Shown: positions 38,266-64,000, counted from the stretch's first letter. The stretch is 64,000 nt of DNA from Vicugna vicugna (GCA_013265495.1 MU058009.1:2668001-2732000), one strand, 5' to 3'. Translations and numbers: made by a program. The notes: generated by a model from the letters alone, not told the origin.

Positions 38266-38346
38266 TCACTCCTTGCTCTCTTGTCTGAGCTGGCCTTGAG
38301 CCACGCTGTGTTTCTGGAGACTCTGGCCAGGATCTAACTCAAGCTG
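38266..38346 (+). repeat. Direct repeat copy 2 (81 bp)
   Basis: 73/81 identical to 36986-37066; offset 1280 bp. Confidence 0.9.
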
Positions 38347-39061
38347 CCCGGGGGGAAGAGGCCCTGAGAGTTGCATGGCCTCTGTTTGTGGTTAGCAAGC
38401 TCCTGCTTCACAGCTTTGGGTTTTGTACGTGCACCTGCAAATGTGTTTACTTTCTCGAGAGAGGAGAGGCAGAGGGAGGCGTTGGCATACACCCTCCTCC
38501 ATTGGCTCTGTGGTCTGTAGAGAGGTGATTATATGTAGAGAGAAGGTTGTGTACACGATTAAGCTGGAGTGGATGGGAGCTGACAACCGCGTGCATCGGT
38601 CAAACCCCAGCCAGGGTTGGAAGGCGTGGCTCTTGTCCCACTTGGCTGCATTACTGGCTTAGTACCTTTGTGACTTTGGACAGATCACTCCCTTTCTCTC
38701 AGACTCAGTTTCTTTATCAGTGAAATGACTGGGTTAGGCAAGATGATCTCTAATATCCTGCAAATGGAGCCAAGAGTAGGGTTATAAAAGGAATTGGTCT
38801 AGTTACTGATTAAACAGCGTTTCTGGGCTGCATGGAGCCCAGAGTTCATAATGCCTTTGAACCAGTCCCACCACTGACTGCCTTGCTCTGTGGCCAGTCT
38901 AGGGTGGCCCTGGGGTCTGCTATCCATGCCATCGGCCACCTTCCCCTTGCCAAGGGGCTTGTGTTCTCATTTCCCAGAGTACTTACTCTCTCAATTCTGG
39001 AAGCTGACCACAGGGAGGCAGAAAACCAGTATCTAATCTGGAGTGGCCACTGAGAATACAT

Positions 39062-39185
39062 GGGGAGGGTATAGCTCAGGTGGTAGAGCGCATGCTTAGC
39101 ATGCATGAGGTCCTGGGTTCAGTCCTCAGTACCTTCTTTAAAAATAAATAAATAAACCTAATTACTCCCCCCCTACAAAAAAAGA
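39062..39185 (+). mobile_element. tRNA-Ala-derived SINE (camelid Vic-1-like)
   Basis: ggggagggtatagctcaggtggtagagcgcatgcttagcatgcatgaggtcctgggttc...aaataaataaa...acctaattactccccc...aaaa. Confidence 0.88.
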
Positions 39186-39189
39186 AAGG

Positions 39190-40380
39190 ACTTTGATTTG
39201 TGCCTCACATCATTAAAAAAACTCAAAATGGATTATAAGCCCAAATATAGACTCCAAAATTATAAAACTATTGGAAGAAAACAAAGCAGAAAATCCTTGT
39301 TGCCTTGGGTCAGACAACGATTTTTCAGGTACAGCCACAAAATCAGAATCCATAAAGAAAAACTTGACAAACTGAGACTTCATCAAAATGAAAAACTTCT
39401 CTTCTTCAAAAGACACTGTTAAGGGAATGTAAATACAAGCTACAGACTAGGAGAAAATCTTTGCAAAGTATATTATCTGATAAAGGGCTTATAACCAGAG
39501 TATATGTAAAGAACTCTCTGAACTCAACAACAGGAAACTAAGCAAACCAACTTTAAAAACTAGGCAAATGATTTGAAGAGACCACCAAAGAAGATAAACA
39601 GATAGCAATTAAGTACATGAGAAGATGCTCAACGTCCTTAGTCATTAGGGAAAAGCAACTTAAAACCTCAGTGAGAGACCACCACACATCTGTTAGAATG
39701 GCTGAAATGAGGAAGTCTGACCACATCAAGTGCTGGATAGGATGTGGACATGACACACTGCTGATGGGAACTGTACAAAGGCACAGTCACTTTGGACAAC
39801 AGTTTGACAGTTTCTTAAAGAGTTAAACTTACAGCTATCATACAGACTTGCTAGTTTACTCAAGGTATTTACCCAACAGCAATGAAAGCATATACCAATA
39901 CAAAGACCCAAACAGAAATGTTCATAGCAGCTTTATGTGTGATTGCCCCAAACTGGAAGCAACCCAAGCATCCATTAACTGGTGGCTGGGTAGACAAACT
40001 GCTGTCTATCCGTACAGTGGGCTACTGCTCAACAGTGGAAAGGAATAATAAACGTAGTGACATGGGTAAATCTCAGATGCTATGCTGAGTAAAAGAAGCC
40101 AGGCAATAAAGGGTTTCTGGTGTATAATTCTATTTATATAAAGTTCTAGAGAAAGGAAACTAACCTTTACTGCTGGGAAGCAGATAGGAGGTTGCTTGGG
40201 GATGGGAAAGGGAATCAGGGAGGAAAGGAGGGGAGGACCAGGTGGAAACTGTTGAAGGTGATAGATATGTTCATTATCTTGATTGTGGTGATGGTGGTGT
40301 GTGTGTGTGTGTGCCAAAAAATTGTATACTTTAAATATGCACAATTTGTGTCAGTTCTTCAGTGAAGCTATTTTTAAAAT
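39190..40380 (+). mobile_element. Old L1M ORF2 end and 3'UTR
   Basis: aactcaaaatggat..., MRRCSTSLVIRE, MFIAAL-like translations. Confidence 0.85.
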
Positions 40381-41049
40381 TCCATAGAAGGTTTATAAGA
40401 GTAAGTTTAAAAAGATCCCAGAATAGAGCCAAATGATGAAGAAATGTAAAATATTAGGTGGAGGGGGAGGGGAAAGCCAGATAGGCACATAGAGGATGTA
40501 CTCTTACACCCTGGTGTTCTGAAATTTCACACGATAGATTTTTGTTATGTGTGCTTTTTCATTTGTCTTTCTCACCATTCAGTGACCCCTTTGACTTTGA
40601 AGATACATGCTGCTGTTTACTGCTTAGAAATACTCTTCTGGTATTTCTCTGGTCACATCCTCTGCCAGGCTCAGGAATTATAGAAGAAGGATGTGAGCAT
40701 TGTCAGAGACCGCCAGAGCCCCACCTCCATCCCAAACAAAAATACCCCCACCCACCAGTCCCCCACGAGGGCGGGAAACTGATTTCTCCAGACTTGACAC
40801 CAGATGCCAGGAGAGATGAAGTGAGGGGAACACAGTCACGGGTCTCTTCTCTTCCATGTTAGTGACTGGGTTTAAATTACCCCATCCAGGAGATTAGAAC
40901 TCCTGCAGTAACCAAACTATCCCGCAGAACAGTGAGGAGAGCCTGGTAGAATATCTGGCTAGCCATTGAATTGTGGCCTGAGGTGAAGCCGCTGTGGCCA
41001 GCCATGCCCAGAGCTTCCAGAGGACTAGGACCTCATTCCTAGATACGAG

Positions 41050-42400
41050 TAAACAGCCTCACATCCTCAGGCATTTGAGGAAAGTCTTCAACACAGTAAA
41101 CTTACTCAATAGAAACATAAGGATGAGAAGATTTTGCATCCAAAATTCAGAGAATAAGAAAGAACTCTTGAAAGTGAAAGTTTTGATAGCAGAAATGAAA
41201 ACCTCAAGAGAAAGATTAAAAAACAAGATGGATAAAGCAGAGAAAGGATAAGGAAAGTAGAGGGTCGGTATAATAGAACTTAAAGAAAGAGAAAGGAGAA
41301 AATGAAGGGGAGAACATAATCTAAGAAATAGCGCAAGAAAGTTTCCCAGACTGAAAGATCCGAGTTTCCAAAATCAAGGACAGGCAGAAAGCTCAGTGTA
41401 GTGAAATTTAAAGACCCAAATCAAAGCATTTCCTCAGAGAAAGACCATAAATCATGAATAAAAAATAATGGATTTGTACTAATAACGTATTTCTCCAAAG
41501 CAAAATTAGAAGCTCTGGGAAACAGTGGAGCCTTCAGAATTCTAAGCGAAAACGTATAGTCCTCGAACCAGCCAAACCATCAAACAGGTGCGAGTGCAGA
41601 ATTAAGATCCTCCTGAAACATACGAAGTCTAAAAAAATTCCCCTCTCTGGAAACTCCTGAAGTATGTGTTCCACCAAAATGAAGTAAGTCAAGAGAGATG
41701 GAGGTGTGGGATCCAGAAAATAAGGGTTTTAGCACAAGAGGGAGATGAAGGAGCTTCCTGGGGTGATGGTGGAGGAAGTTACAGTTGACAGCTAGGGGAG
41801 GTCTGGCAGGGGTCCCTCAGAAGGGAAGTGAAAGGAGAGGTTATTTGACGGACGCTACACTTGGAGGCTCAGAAGAACACTACAGAGCTCTTAGATCGTG
41901 TGGAAAGACAGGTGCATGTTAAAAAGAAACCCAAGCGAATGAATATTTGTGGCAAGAAAAACAAATTAGTTGTAGTGGGAAGGATACAACAGTGAACAAT
42001 ATTTTCAAAGACTAATAATGAAAACATAAAGTATGGATGTAATTTTTTCAAAACTTAAGCTCTGTAACTCCTGGGAGGATGGGTGAGAGACAGAGAAGGA
42101 AGGACATTGAAGTCCACGTTTTCGTAATAGGATTATATCTTAGATCGATGAACCAAGAGATAGTTATATTGGCATATTATTTAGAAATATGGAGGCAAAT
42201 TCCAGAGCAAGCAGCTCAAATGCATTTTAAGTGGTTGCCTCTGGGGTAGGTTTTTTCCTTTAAAAGTTTTATTTCTTTTTGAGATGTAATTGACCCAGTA
42301 GTGTTGAAGTGATACATTTATACGTTGCAATATGATTACCAGGGTAGGGTTGAGTATGGGATATGTTTCTGTGTTCGATATTAGACTAAGTCACAAATAT
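41050..42400 (+). mobile_element. Degraded L1 ORF1-region fragments
   Basis: A-rich; gaaagtttcccagactgaaag and tagaagctctgggaaacagtggagccttcagaattctaag resemble L1 ORF1. Confidence 0.55.
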
Positions 42401-43382
42401 GACCAATTAGAAAACTAAAGGTAGAGATACAAGTATCTGAATGTGGCTGGAGCGGGGAGACTTTTTCATAGCAGTGAGTAGGTAATGCTTGAGTGTGACG
42501 ACTCAAGAAATGTCAGTTCAGGCCCATCATTTAGAGTCATGAGGTGAATACCTGGTGGACCACATCTGGAAACTTAAAAATGGCCACATCTGTGGAACTT
42601 GGGGGTGGGGCTGTTGCTTTTACTGCAAACCCTGTTGGAGTGGGTGTGAGGCCATTAACTCTAAAAGGGCGCAGCTCCTCTCCAGGATTTAGGGCAGGCA
42701 GATGGATCATGTGCTGTCTGGCCTAACAGTTTGCTCACCCACCTGTCATTGAGTGCTGCAGGCACCCCACCTGCCCCATCCATACTCATGCCCCTGCTTC
42801 CTGGATACCCCTTAATGGGGAGGAGCTGGGGAAGCTGCCATCCCATTTGTTGGAAGTTTTGTTTGCTTTTCAAGCTCTTGGGTGTGGATTCCAGTGGATA
42901 CCTGGCCATGTCACCTCACCTTGGGATCCTGGCCTGGGACACGTTAGGCTTATGGCAGAGTGACTTGTCCTGCAGGGGCATGGCCGAGCTGCCCAGTTCA
43001 CTGCCTCTTTACTCTTGGCTGGCTGAGCATTGGTGGGGTGTCCAGCGAAGCTTGCCCAGAGGCACCACAGCGGCCAGTCCCGGCCCTGGGCTGGGCCTGC
43101 TCTCCCCACACCTGGGCGGCCTCCTGCAGCTAGCATGGTTCAGGCAGGTGGACAGCCCCAGTGACTGGTTCAGATGGGCTGTTCTTTTCATTTTTATTTA
43201 AACTTGCAATTCTTCATCAGCATGTGCCTGGTGCTGCCTGGACATGGGGTTGCAGGGCAGGGAAGGCTCGTGCCTCCTGCCTTTCCTCTCCAGCTGTACA
43301 TGTGCTCCCGAGCGGGGCTGGGCTGCTGCTGAGGCGGGAGGGCTCCTGCACTGAACGGCAGTGCATTGATCTCTCTGTTCAG

Positions 43383-55448
<12,066 letters not shown>

Positions 55449-55919
55449 ACGCGAGGCCTACCCGCCGGCGTGCACAGCGCGGGCTGAGGACTGGATGGCT
55501 CTCTGCACCCCCGGCTTGCCCCCCAGAACCCAGACTGCGAACTGAACCCCCAGGCTCTGGAGATGGAGAACCCCCTCGAGTCCTCGCACTTCCTCAGCCT
55601 GGAAGTGAGGTTGGGGAGCAGAGGGGAGGACACTGGCGGTGCCCAGGCGACAGAGGTTTGGGAGGTTTGACGACACAGCGTCTCCCCTTTGGCCCCAAGC
55701 TGGGCGAAGGCTCTTTCCCGAAGGTTTGCTGCTTCTGCGCTGATCCCGGAGCTGCTGTCTTGACTCTGCGACGCTTCGGGTGGGGCAAGTGGGGCCCTGT
55801 GGGCTCCTAGGGTCACACTTTTCAGGAAACCCAGGTCTGAAGGACCAGGGAAGTCAGACGGGTCCAAGATTTGAATGTTTTACCAGCTCCCAGAAAGGGG
55901 TTCAGTGTGTGTATTTGTG

Positions 55920-55925
55920 AGTAAA
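55920..55925 (+). terminator. Probable ST14 variant poly(A) signal AGTAAA
   Basis: No AATAAA seen near the stop; AGTAAA ~470 nt downstream is followed by a T/GT-rich tract (tttgattttggtaattttgttttc). Confidence 0.55.
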
Positions 55926-56238
55926 ACACTTTGATTTTGGTAATTTTGTTTTCTTACTGGAGTTGATGGGTTCCTCTAGCCCCAGATACAAGAAGCCGGG
56001 CTTAAATTCCTCTCCACACAGATCCTGGAGGCAGGCTGAATGGGAACCAGAGTGCTCTGTGGCCTCCTCTGGGCCAGCAAGGGCTGTGTTCCTGCTCTTA
56101 CCTGAAGCTTCGGACACCAGGGCCTGGTGCCCTGAGAAGGGGCGGGAGGGGCTGCGGCACCTGTCCAGTCTGGGCACCCGGCGGGGGAGGAGCTTGTCCC
56201 AGGATTTTCCATCAGGTGGGGAGGTGATCACACGAGTG

Positions 56239-56239
<1 letters not shown>

Positions 56240-56270
<31 letters not shown>
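56240..56270. repeat. (TG)n microsatellite
   Basis: About 15 uninterrupted TG units. Confidence 0.97.
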
Positions 56271-56271
<1 letters not shown>

Positions 56272-56954
56272 TGAACCACTCGGACAGGGGGTGTGCGTCA
56301 GTCCGTGCCTGTCCAGTGTGGGCTGCGGCCTTGGGGGAGTGACGCTGCCTTGCTTGAGGCTTCTCACACGTCTGGTGCCATCCTCCTTCAATTTTCACTT
56401 ATTTAGAATATTCTCTATCTCCTTGCTTGGAATGACCCAGAGACAGTGAGAGGATCTGGGGAGGACTTAGGGAGATCTTGAAAAGGCACGTGCAGGCCTC
56501 CTGTATGCCAAGGGTCCACGTGAGTGGGGGCTGGGGTGGGTGGAGGGGGCAGACCTGGGAAGAGACAGCAGATGCCAGTGTTGAGAGGGAAGACAGGGTG
56601 GTCTGCGCTTATCGCCAGCTGTGTCCCCAGTCGGGCCTTGCTGCTAGAGATGCTGATGCGTATTTGTTAAGTGAATGGCCTTTGCCTTCCATGATTTTGG
56701 AAACCAAAGGGACAGTCCGGGCAGGCTTCCTGGTGGAGGTGAGCTGCTGCTTTCATTTTAGCCTGAGTGTTTTAGCCTCTGGAGGGAGTAAGTGTTGTCT
56801 TGACACCTGTGCAAGCATGTGCATTGGGTTTTCCTTCCAGGAAAAGGAAAGAGTATTACTCTCACCGATGTGTGAGGGGTAAAGGAATGAAGGTGCTGTC
56901 AGAGGACCCTGTGCGGGCAGTGTAAATAGCTGGTGTGCAGGGAAAGGCTTCACT

Positions 56955-57122
56955 GGTGGTCTGGTTCCCAAGGGCCGGGAGCGTCGGCACCTGCTGGGAT
57001 GTTGCAGGCTCAATTCTCCCGCTTCGCCCAGACCTCCATCAGAGACTCTGGGGTGGGGCCTAGCAACCTGTGCTGTAACAAGTCTTCCAGAAGGTTCTGA
57101 CGAAACCTCAAGACTGAGGACC
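56955..57122. mobile_element. MER5-like hAT MITE
   Basis: ccccagacctccatcagagactctggggtggggcctagcaacctgtgctgtaacaagtcttccagaaggttctga...gaggacc. Confidence 0.6.
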
Positions 57123-57844
57123 ATGGGGCTACTGGCGTCAGCATCACCAAGTGCTGGGCATTTTTGTTTTGTACTGAGCCCCTCAGATTGTGTGTGTCTG
57201 GTCCGGCAGCCTTGTGCAAGCGACTGTTCTCCGGGCAGCCTGCAGAGTTACAGCGTGTGAACTGGGCGGGAGCAGGGCCTGAGGAGTCTCTGAGGTGGGT
57301 CCTGCGAGGTGCGGAGCCCACTGGGAGGTGGAATGAACTAGTCCCTGAGCTGCTGCCCTGCTGTGTGGGCTCTGGGTTGGGGAGTGGGTGGTCCACAGGC
57401 CCTATCAGCAAACTTGGCCAAGGGGATCCTAGGACCCCCTGAAGGTGTAGGCTCCGCTGCAATTAAGGCACAGCCGAGGGGTGCAAAGTGGGAGGCAGTG
57501 GCGGCGGGGGCGAGGCTGAGGGGGTGGGATTCCTGTTCCCGGGAGCGCCATGCACAGCACCACCAGGGTTGCCAGGAAAACGGCCCAGTGGGGGTGGCTG
57601 GGGCCCCCAGAAGCTCAGTGCACCACTGTGCGGTCTTTTCCTGACTGACTAGCCTGTTTTTGTGGCTAAGATCTTGAAACAATCCAGCTGTCTTGTGCCC
57701 CAAACTACCTTGTATCTCAGTTTAATTAGGGTCAGTGAATGTTTAACCCTGTTTCGTGGAGGGGCATCTGGTCCAGGCCTGGCTCCTGCAGGAGTGACAG
57801 TGCAGCCCAGAGCTGCAGACCCTGAAGGGCAGAGGGAAGTTGTT

Positions 57845-57863
57845 CAACCACAAGGGGGCGCCG
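57845..57863 (+). promoter_or_regulatory. Candidate CTCF site
   Basis: caaCCACAAGGGGGCGCcg. Confidence 0.55.
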
Positions 57864-60474
57864 CAGGGCTTCCCAGGCGCTGGTCTCCCGAGGTCGCCGC
57901 TCTCACAGGAGAGGTGTCTCACTGCCTCCTGGGGGTGGGCTGAGTGGGGTGCTGACACGGGGTGGAGGCTGCGTCTCCCACCGCCCGCAAGCCCGAGCAT
58001 GTGCTGAAGAGCAGCCTGGAGTCTCAGACCGGCGCGGCGTGGTGCGCGGGCTGCGTCTGGTCCGCTGGGCCCACAGTGATGACACTGTGACGAAGGGCTC
58101 AATCCTGAGGATTTCAGTTAGCTTCATTATCTCTTTCCTGTTTCCCCCTTTTCTCCTTCAGAGGGGTGCATACCTGCTCCATCCCCCGTGCCTGTGGCTC
58201 TGAGGCTGTGTTTATCTTTTCCGCTCACCTCCAGCTGTTTCCTAAAAAGTCAGCGTCCAGAGTTGTTTCCAGGTGGAGGTGGAATCAGCTCCATCGTCTG
58301 TCTGTTCCGCTGTCTCAGGATCTTCCAGCAGGAGGAGGGTGTATTTTCCTGGGTGGCAGCCTTCCCCTTGGCGCTGCCTCTGCCACACACCGCCTTCACC
58401 TTGAGGCTGTCAGGCTTTTCCCTGCCCCCGCCTGTCATTGGAGAGAGCGGCTCCCTGCCAGGCCTCTCCTTCGGAACTTCATACGGACTTGTTTAACTCA
58501 GAAGGAAACTCTTCCCTTCTCAGCCTGTTTTCTTTTTCCAAAGAGCTGCAAGGATGAGGTGGGTGTGTGTGGTGGGGGCCGGGGTGGCAAGGGGAGGAGG
58601 ACCGGGCCCCGAGAGAAGGGCAGAGCAGCTCTCACTCACTCTCCTCACCCTCCTGTCCACACAGAAGTGCGTTCAGAGAACAGTTCCCAGCGTAAACAGG
58701 GCACTGGTACCGCTCTGCACTTCATAACCTCAGCACTATCCGAGCGCCTGACAGGACAGGAAAAATCTGTAGAAACAAACTGAAATCTGTCTGAAACGTG
58801 GCTTGTGAGAACCTGTAACAAGCTTGTTTATATCAGCTGGAGGAAAGAAGTCATTAATTCAACGAGCTTCTGGCAAGGGCCACCCCGGCGCCCTTTGTGA
58901 CTGGGGCACAGGGCAGTTGTGGGTTGTGGGACACGGGGTTTGGGGCTGCTCCAGGCTCAGCAGGCCTGGCCTCGCAGACCTCAGGAACAGGTCCTGAAGC
59001 AGGTCCTGGGCCCGGGGTGGGGTTCACATCCTTAGTAGGTGTGGGGTCACATGGTCGGCCTCTTGGACCACCGTGGGGACAGATGCCTCTGCCTGGGGCC
59101 TCTTCAGGTGTGTAAGGATGGTCCCGTGATCCTCTAATTGCTCAGTGGGAAGTTTTTGTGGAATAACATGCCTGAGGGATGCCCTTTAAAACTGGAAGGA
59201 TACCTCCGTTCAGCCCCTCATCAGGAAAGAAACTTGAAGGTCTGGTAGGTAAGAATCTGCCTAAAATTGAGGGAAGCACAGACAGGCTTCCAGGGAAGAG
59301 GGACTCGCCACACCTCCGCCCGTCAGTACACCTGCGCTGCCACATGGTGTTGGAAGTCACCTTGATGTCCGTCTCTCCCCCGTGATGTCTGCACCGGGTA
59401 GAGAGCGGCAGATCATCTGCTCCAATGATGTATAAGAAGCATCAGTAACAACCACAGCAGGTGCTAAGGGCCGGGTACACATCAGATCACCGCATCCTCA
59501 CCAGTCATGGGAGGAGGCCTGGAGGTGGCACTAGATCTTGCTCAAGGTTCCCCAGTAAGAGAAGGGTGCAAACCCAGGTGCTGGACTCCAAAGCCGGTGC
59601 ACTGAGTCCTGCACCGCCTTCCTGAGGCAAGGCACTCTCTCCACCTGAAGCTTTAGAGATCCAGGGCCTCTTGCCTGGTGACCAACTCCCTGGCTCAGGC
59701 ACACGCAGAAAAGGCCAAAATGAACTAGCTGCACTCTGAAATGGCTCCTTCGGTATTTCAAAATCTTTCCCAGTCCCATTTCCTTGGCTGCCCTAGCAGC
59801 CGCTGGGCATTTCCCTTTCTCAGGGGCCAAACCATCTGCTTTCTCTTGTTCCTCTGCCTGAGGCTTGCATGGACTGGCGGGAGAAAATGTTTCCCTGAGG
59901 TCTTGGCTGTGGGCAGCAGAACACCACATTCTGACCTGTGATTCAGAAGGATCAACTCTTCTGCCCACCCCCACCTTCCTCCCTTGAGCCATTCATTTCT
60001 GCTGAATGCTGGGTGGCCTTGGGGGAAGTGTCGGCAAAGGGAACAGAGGCCAGAAGTGACGGGGGCACCTGGGCTTGGAGAAGTGACTGGAAAAGGAGGA
60101 GTGACAGAAATCCTGCTGGGGTCTTGGCGCACTTACGGGTCCTTCTGAGTCCAGGGAAATGCCCTTCACTCAGATTTTCCCATCTCAGAGGAGAGCCACA
60201 AAATAAGCCTGTGTGTGGTGACACAAATATTTCTGGATCACCAATGACAAGGACTTTTCCTGGGACCTGGGGGAATGCCACAACCAGAGCTGAAAAGACA
60301 CTTCCACTTTGTTCTAGTTCAAAGGCTTTTGAAAAATGAGTAGTTAATAGTTTGAACTGTTTCACTGGGTATTTTAAACAAAAGCCTTTTAATTTGGTTG
60401 AGTAAGTATTTTGTAAATTTGCATTAAAGGCCAAGAAAGGAACGATTAGCGTGTGCGCCCGGGGCTCACGCAGG

Positions 60475-60493
60475 AGAGCAGCAGGGGGCGCTC
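60475..60493 (+). promoter_or_regulatory. Candidate CTCF site
   Basis: agaGCAGCAGGGGGCGCtc. Confidence 0.5.
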
Positions 60494-63400
60494 ACACACC
60501 GCGCCGCCCGAGAGAGTGGCTGGAGCAGCCACGTCCACAAGCAGGGCTTGGGCAGCCCCCTCTCCCCACAGCTCCCTCCCGCCCAATTCATGGTGAGTCT
60601 GGGCGAAGCACAGATGTGGAACCCTGTGTCCCCAAGTGTGGAAACACCACGTTTGGACCCACTGTGAAGGCAGCTTTCCAGGGGCCATGCTGCCTTCCCT
60701 CTTCCTGACCCCTCACCCCATCCTGACCCCTGACCCCAAGGTGGGAACCTCATTGAGGCGGTGGCCCTTCCTCTGGAGAGGCTGGCGGGCACTCTGAAGC
60801 CTGGCAGCAGCCCCTGAGCTCTGAGCTCCAGAACTGGGGGGCCGCACTCCCCCGCCTTGTCTCGGAGGCTGCTTGCTGCCATCTTCCCAAGGCCAGGCCT
60901 GTCCGGGCACAGCGGTGCCCTACGGCGACTCGGGGAGAGCGGGGCCGAGGGAGGGGGCGACTGGCTGGCTCACACCCTCCCCTGCCCTGTGCCGCCAGTC
61001 CCAGCGGGAGGAGAGCCGGTTCACGAAGCCTCCAGCACCCAGCTACTGGAGGGTGGGTTCTTGGCTCTGGGAAGGTCTTAAGCGTGTTTGTTAGCACACA
61101 TTCCTGCCACCCCAGGCTAATGTTACCTTAGACTGAGTCTGAGTGACATGCAGCCTTGCCCCCCCACCCCCCGCCCATTCTCCTCTGGCTTCGGGAACCC
61201 CTTCTGTTTTGTACTTAGATTGTTCATGGGATGGTGTTACAGATAACTTCTGGGAAGCAAGGACCACGTGTCTACACTGAAGACAGATTATACTTCTTAG
61301 TCAATGTACCTCAAGACGGCCTCTTGGGCTGTCGTGGGGGGAGAATCAGGGAGAGGCCAAGTTCCGAGGCTCAGGAGCCCGGGGCTGAGTGCTGCGCTGG
61401 CGGTTAGGCCCGGAGAGGCATCTGGTTCCCGTCGGAGACTGGGGGATGCTGGGATTTTCCTTTGCTCCTGGCTCTGCTCACCCCTCCACCCCGACTCCAA
61501 CTGACACTTCGTGGTGGGAGAGGAACTGGAAAATCCACTGATGCACATGAGAGCTGGGGTAAACCAGGGACTGTGAGCGAGCCCAGGTGGGAAGGGGATT
61601 CAGCAAAGTGGGGACAAACCTTCCTCACGTGGTGCCTGCAAACAGGCAACTAAGGGGCTAGAATTGCTTGGCTCTGGGATGCTGGGAGCGCCAACAGCAA
61701 GGGGAGGGGTGAGAAGCGTCGGGCTCGGGTGGGAGCGCACCCTCTCCCACTGAGCACGAAGGGGCTTCTGGTCCCACGTGTTTCAGGGGTGCGAGCTCGG
61801 GGCCCCACGAGGGAGGGTCTGGCAGCAGCGCTGGGAGGGGGCGTCAGGTGGGCAGCAGTCCATGGGGAAGACAGGAGCTACAGATGGACCCAGATTGAAC
61901 AGAGGCCCTCCTTCACTTGTCCCTGTTCTCACACACGAGTGTGCACGTGTTGGTATGTAGGTGCACATAAACCTGTGTTTTGCAGTGCTTACAACGTGCA
62001 AAGTGAGACCTGCCCAAAGCTGATCTGAGCCAGTCTCTTTCTCCTCGGTCCACACGGAAGCCCCTGCCACGTCAGTCAGTGGGTTTGAATGCTCACAGGT
62101 GTCACACGGTCGTACCTGGGAGGCTGGGGGTGCTGTGGGCGGAGCCCCAGCTCTGGAGAGGAATTACACAGACGCACCTGGCACATCCCCGCCCGGCCGG
62201 AGGAGCCAGTGCTGTTTTCCGTGCGTGTGCACGCGGCCCCGGCTGAATCTCACCCTTTCCCCGCATCTTCCGTGCTGTACGGAACTCTCTCGAAGGCACC
62301 TGGTAGGATTTCCCAGGGCAGTCGTGCCTGTCCCTCTCTGTCAGGGAGTTCTTAGGGGAAGAGCAACTGTCCTACTGAGGCCACTTCTGTTTCCTGGTGA
62401 ATGCAGACCCGCTGACAGCACATGCCTGGTACCCAGGCTCAGTGTGTGCAGGGCTGTGTGTGCAGTCGGCCCCACCGTAGGAAACGATGTGTCTGGGTAC
62501 TGGACACATGCAAGGCCTCTTAAACGCATCTTAAACTTAGACAGAAGCCAAAAATCTGGACACAGAGAAAGAGCTCAGCTCTATGAAAAAGTTAAACCTA
62601 CAACTGCTGCCAGTGCCTGGCCCTCAAGCTCAGTTTCTAACTTAGGGCAGCCCGCCCCTTGGCTTGTGTTGGGGAAACAGACTTCCCCGAGTTTGTCCAG
62701 GAAAAGCCGTCTCACACGTGGAAACAAACTTCCTCCAGTTTCTCTACTTCTCTCTTTATAATCTCCTGGCGCTGCCTGTTCTGCTTGGGCGTCTTCCTGG
62801 AGAGATGTGGGTGGGGACCACGGCCTCCCCGACAGACGGGCCAGGCGGCGCCCCTGCACTCGCGGCCCCCTCCGCCTGCAGCGCTCCTGCCGTCACCTGC
62901 CTGGGCCTGGCTTCATTCGCTCACTTCGGCCTCCGTACCTAGTCGCCCCCCTGCCCACTCACTGCATCCATCTTGTTTGTTGCCAGTCACTCTCCTTTCC
63001 CCACTCCTTCCTCCACGAGGGCAAGACTTCTGTTCTGTTCGATGCTGTATCTGAGTGTCTTGTGTAGCACACAGTCTACGGAGGGGAGGAGGAGAAGGAA
63101 CTGTAAGCAGCAGAGTGAGGCAGGACATGAAAAATGCCTTTGGGATTTTCAACCCCACCAACCTGGCTTAGCAGGAGCCAGGCTCTGCTAGAAATCGGCC
63201 ACCCAGCTAAGCAACTACACCTGCATGACTGTTCCCAGGGGAAAAAAGCTCTCTCCTCACCACCCTAAACTGAACTCAACTCTGGGCCTAGGCTCAGAAC
63301 TTCGCCTAATTCTTACCCTGTTCTGTCAAGGACACAGAGTTCTCTCCCTGAAAAGCAGAGGGAGTTTGCCTGAGAATTCGACAAGGTCAAGTAAGCAAAT

Positions 63401-64000
63401 ATCTCGAGGCCTCAGGAGGGAGCAGATGTCTGCTGTTCAGAGACGAGATGTGGTCTTAAGATCACAGGCCCATGTCTCACCCAGCCCCTGCTGGACCCCT
63501 GCTCTGCACCCTGCCCCGTGTCCCCTCCTCTGGGCTCTCCCCTGACTGCAGACCCCTCAGTCACCTCTCTTCAGTCTGTGCCTCCCCCTCAGCTGCGTCC
63601 TGCCTGCTCCTGCCCCCGAGCAAGCTCGGATGAAGCTGGCCCTCGGCCTGAGAACATGAGCTGCCCCTGCTTCCTGCCACGTTCTTCAGGCCTCCTCTGC
63701 TCCGGTCCCAGGCCTCTGCTGTACGTTTTCTCCCGTCTTTCCTTTCGGGGATCCTGTAACTCTCAGCAAGTCAAACCACCTTCACTCCCTGGACACCTGG
63801 CCTCCTGTGCGCGATGTTGTTTCCTGGGTGCCTCCAGCCCCACCCCATTTCTGCTGGTACAAATCCTACTCTACAAGCAAGACACAGCTCACGTGTTCCT
63901 CCCGCCCACTGCCTGCCCGGGTCCCTCCACCCAGATCTTGCCCTCCAAGTTTTCAAAGCACCTTTTTGGTGTTTCTCTCATGACAATCAGTTATTTCTAC

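Noticed and set aside
39062..39135. tRNA-Ala-like sequence (also at 15525)
   Set aside because: Acceptor stem is broken and an A-rich SINE tail follows; it is a SINE, not a tRNA gene.
56000..64000. Downstream neighbour gene (ZBTB44 follows ST14 in human)
   Set aside because: No BTB or C2H2 zinc-finger exons seen; the many short ORFs look like GC-rich noise.

Overview
Mammalian genomic DNA, probably camelid (two tRNA-Ala-derived, Vic-1-like SINEs and young L1 tails). The window holds two + strand genes. (1) The last 7 exons and 3'UTR of APLP2 (2202-~11910), including the 36-nt alternative exon and the YENPTY tail. (2) ST14/matriptase: exons 2-19 (43383-55448) splice into an intact 828-aa frame, and exon 1 is inferred to lie in a 304-N gap inside the promoter CpG island (~23450-24470). 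The rest is intron or intergenic DNA with L1, L2, MIR, MaLR/ERVL, MER5-type and SINE relics, plus a fossil hAT/Charlie transposase (~15625-17000, minus strand). Most notable: a ~380-bp inverted repeat with a 198-bp perfectly identical core ~2 kb upstream of the ST14 CpG island; Ser-Ala instead of Ser-Gly at the APLP2 chondroitin-sulfate site; Ala190 in the matriptase S1 pocket; and a tentative relic minus-strand gene converging on the APLP2 3' end. I found no evidence for a wholly new multi-gene system. Comparisons with human/mouse proteins and repeat-family names are from memory, not from a search.
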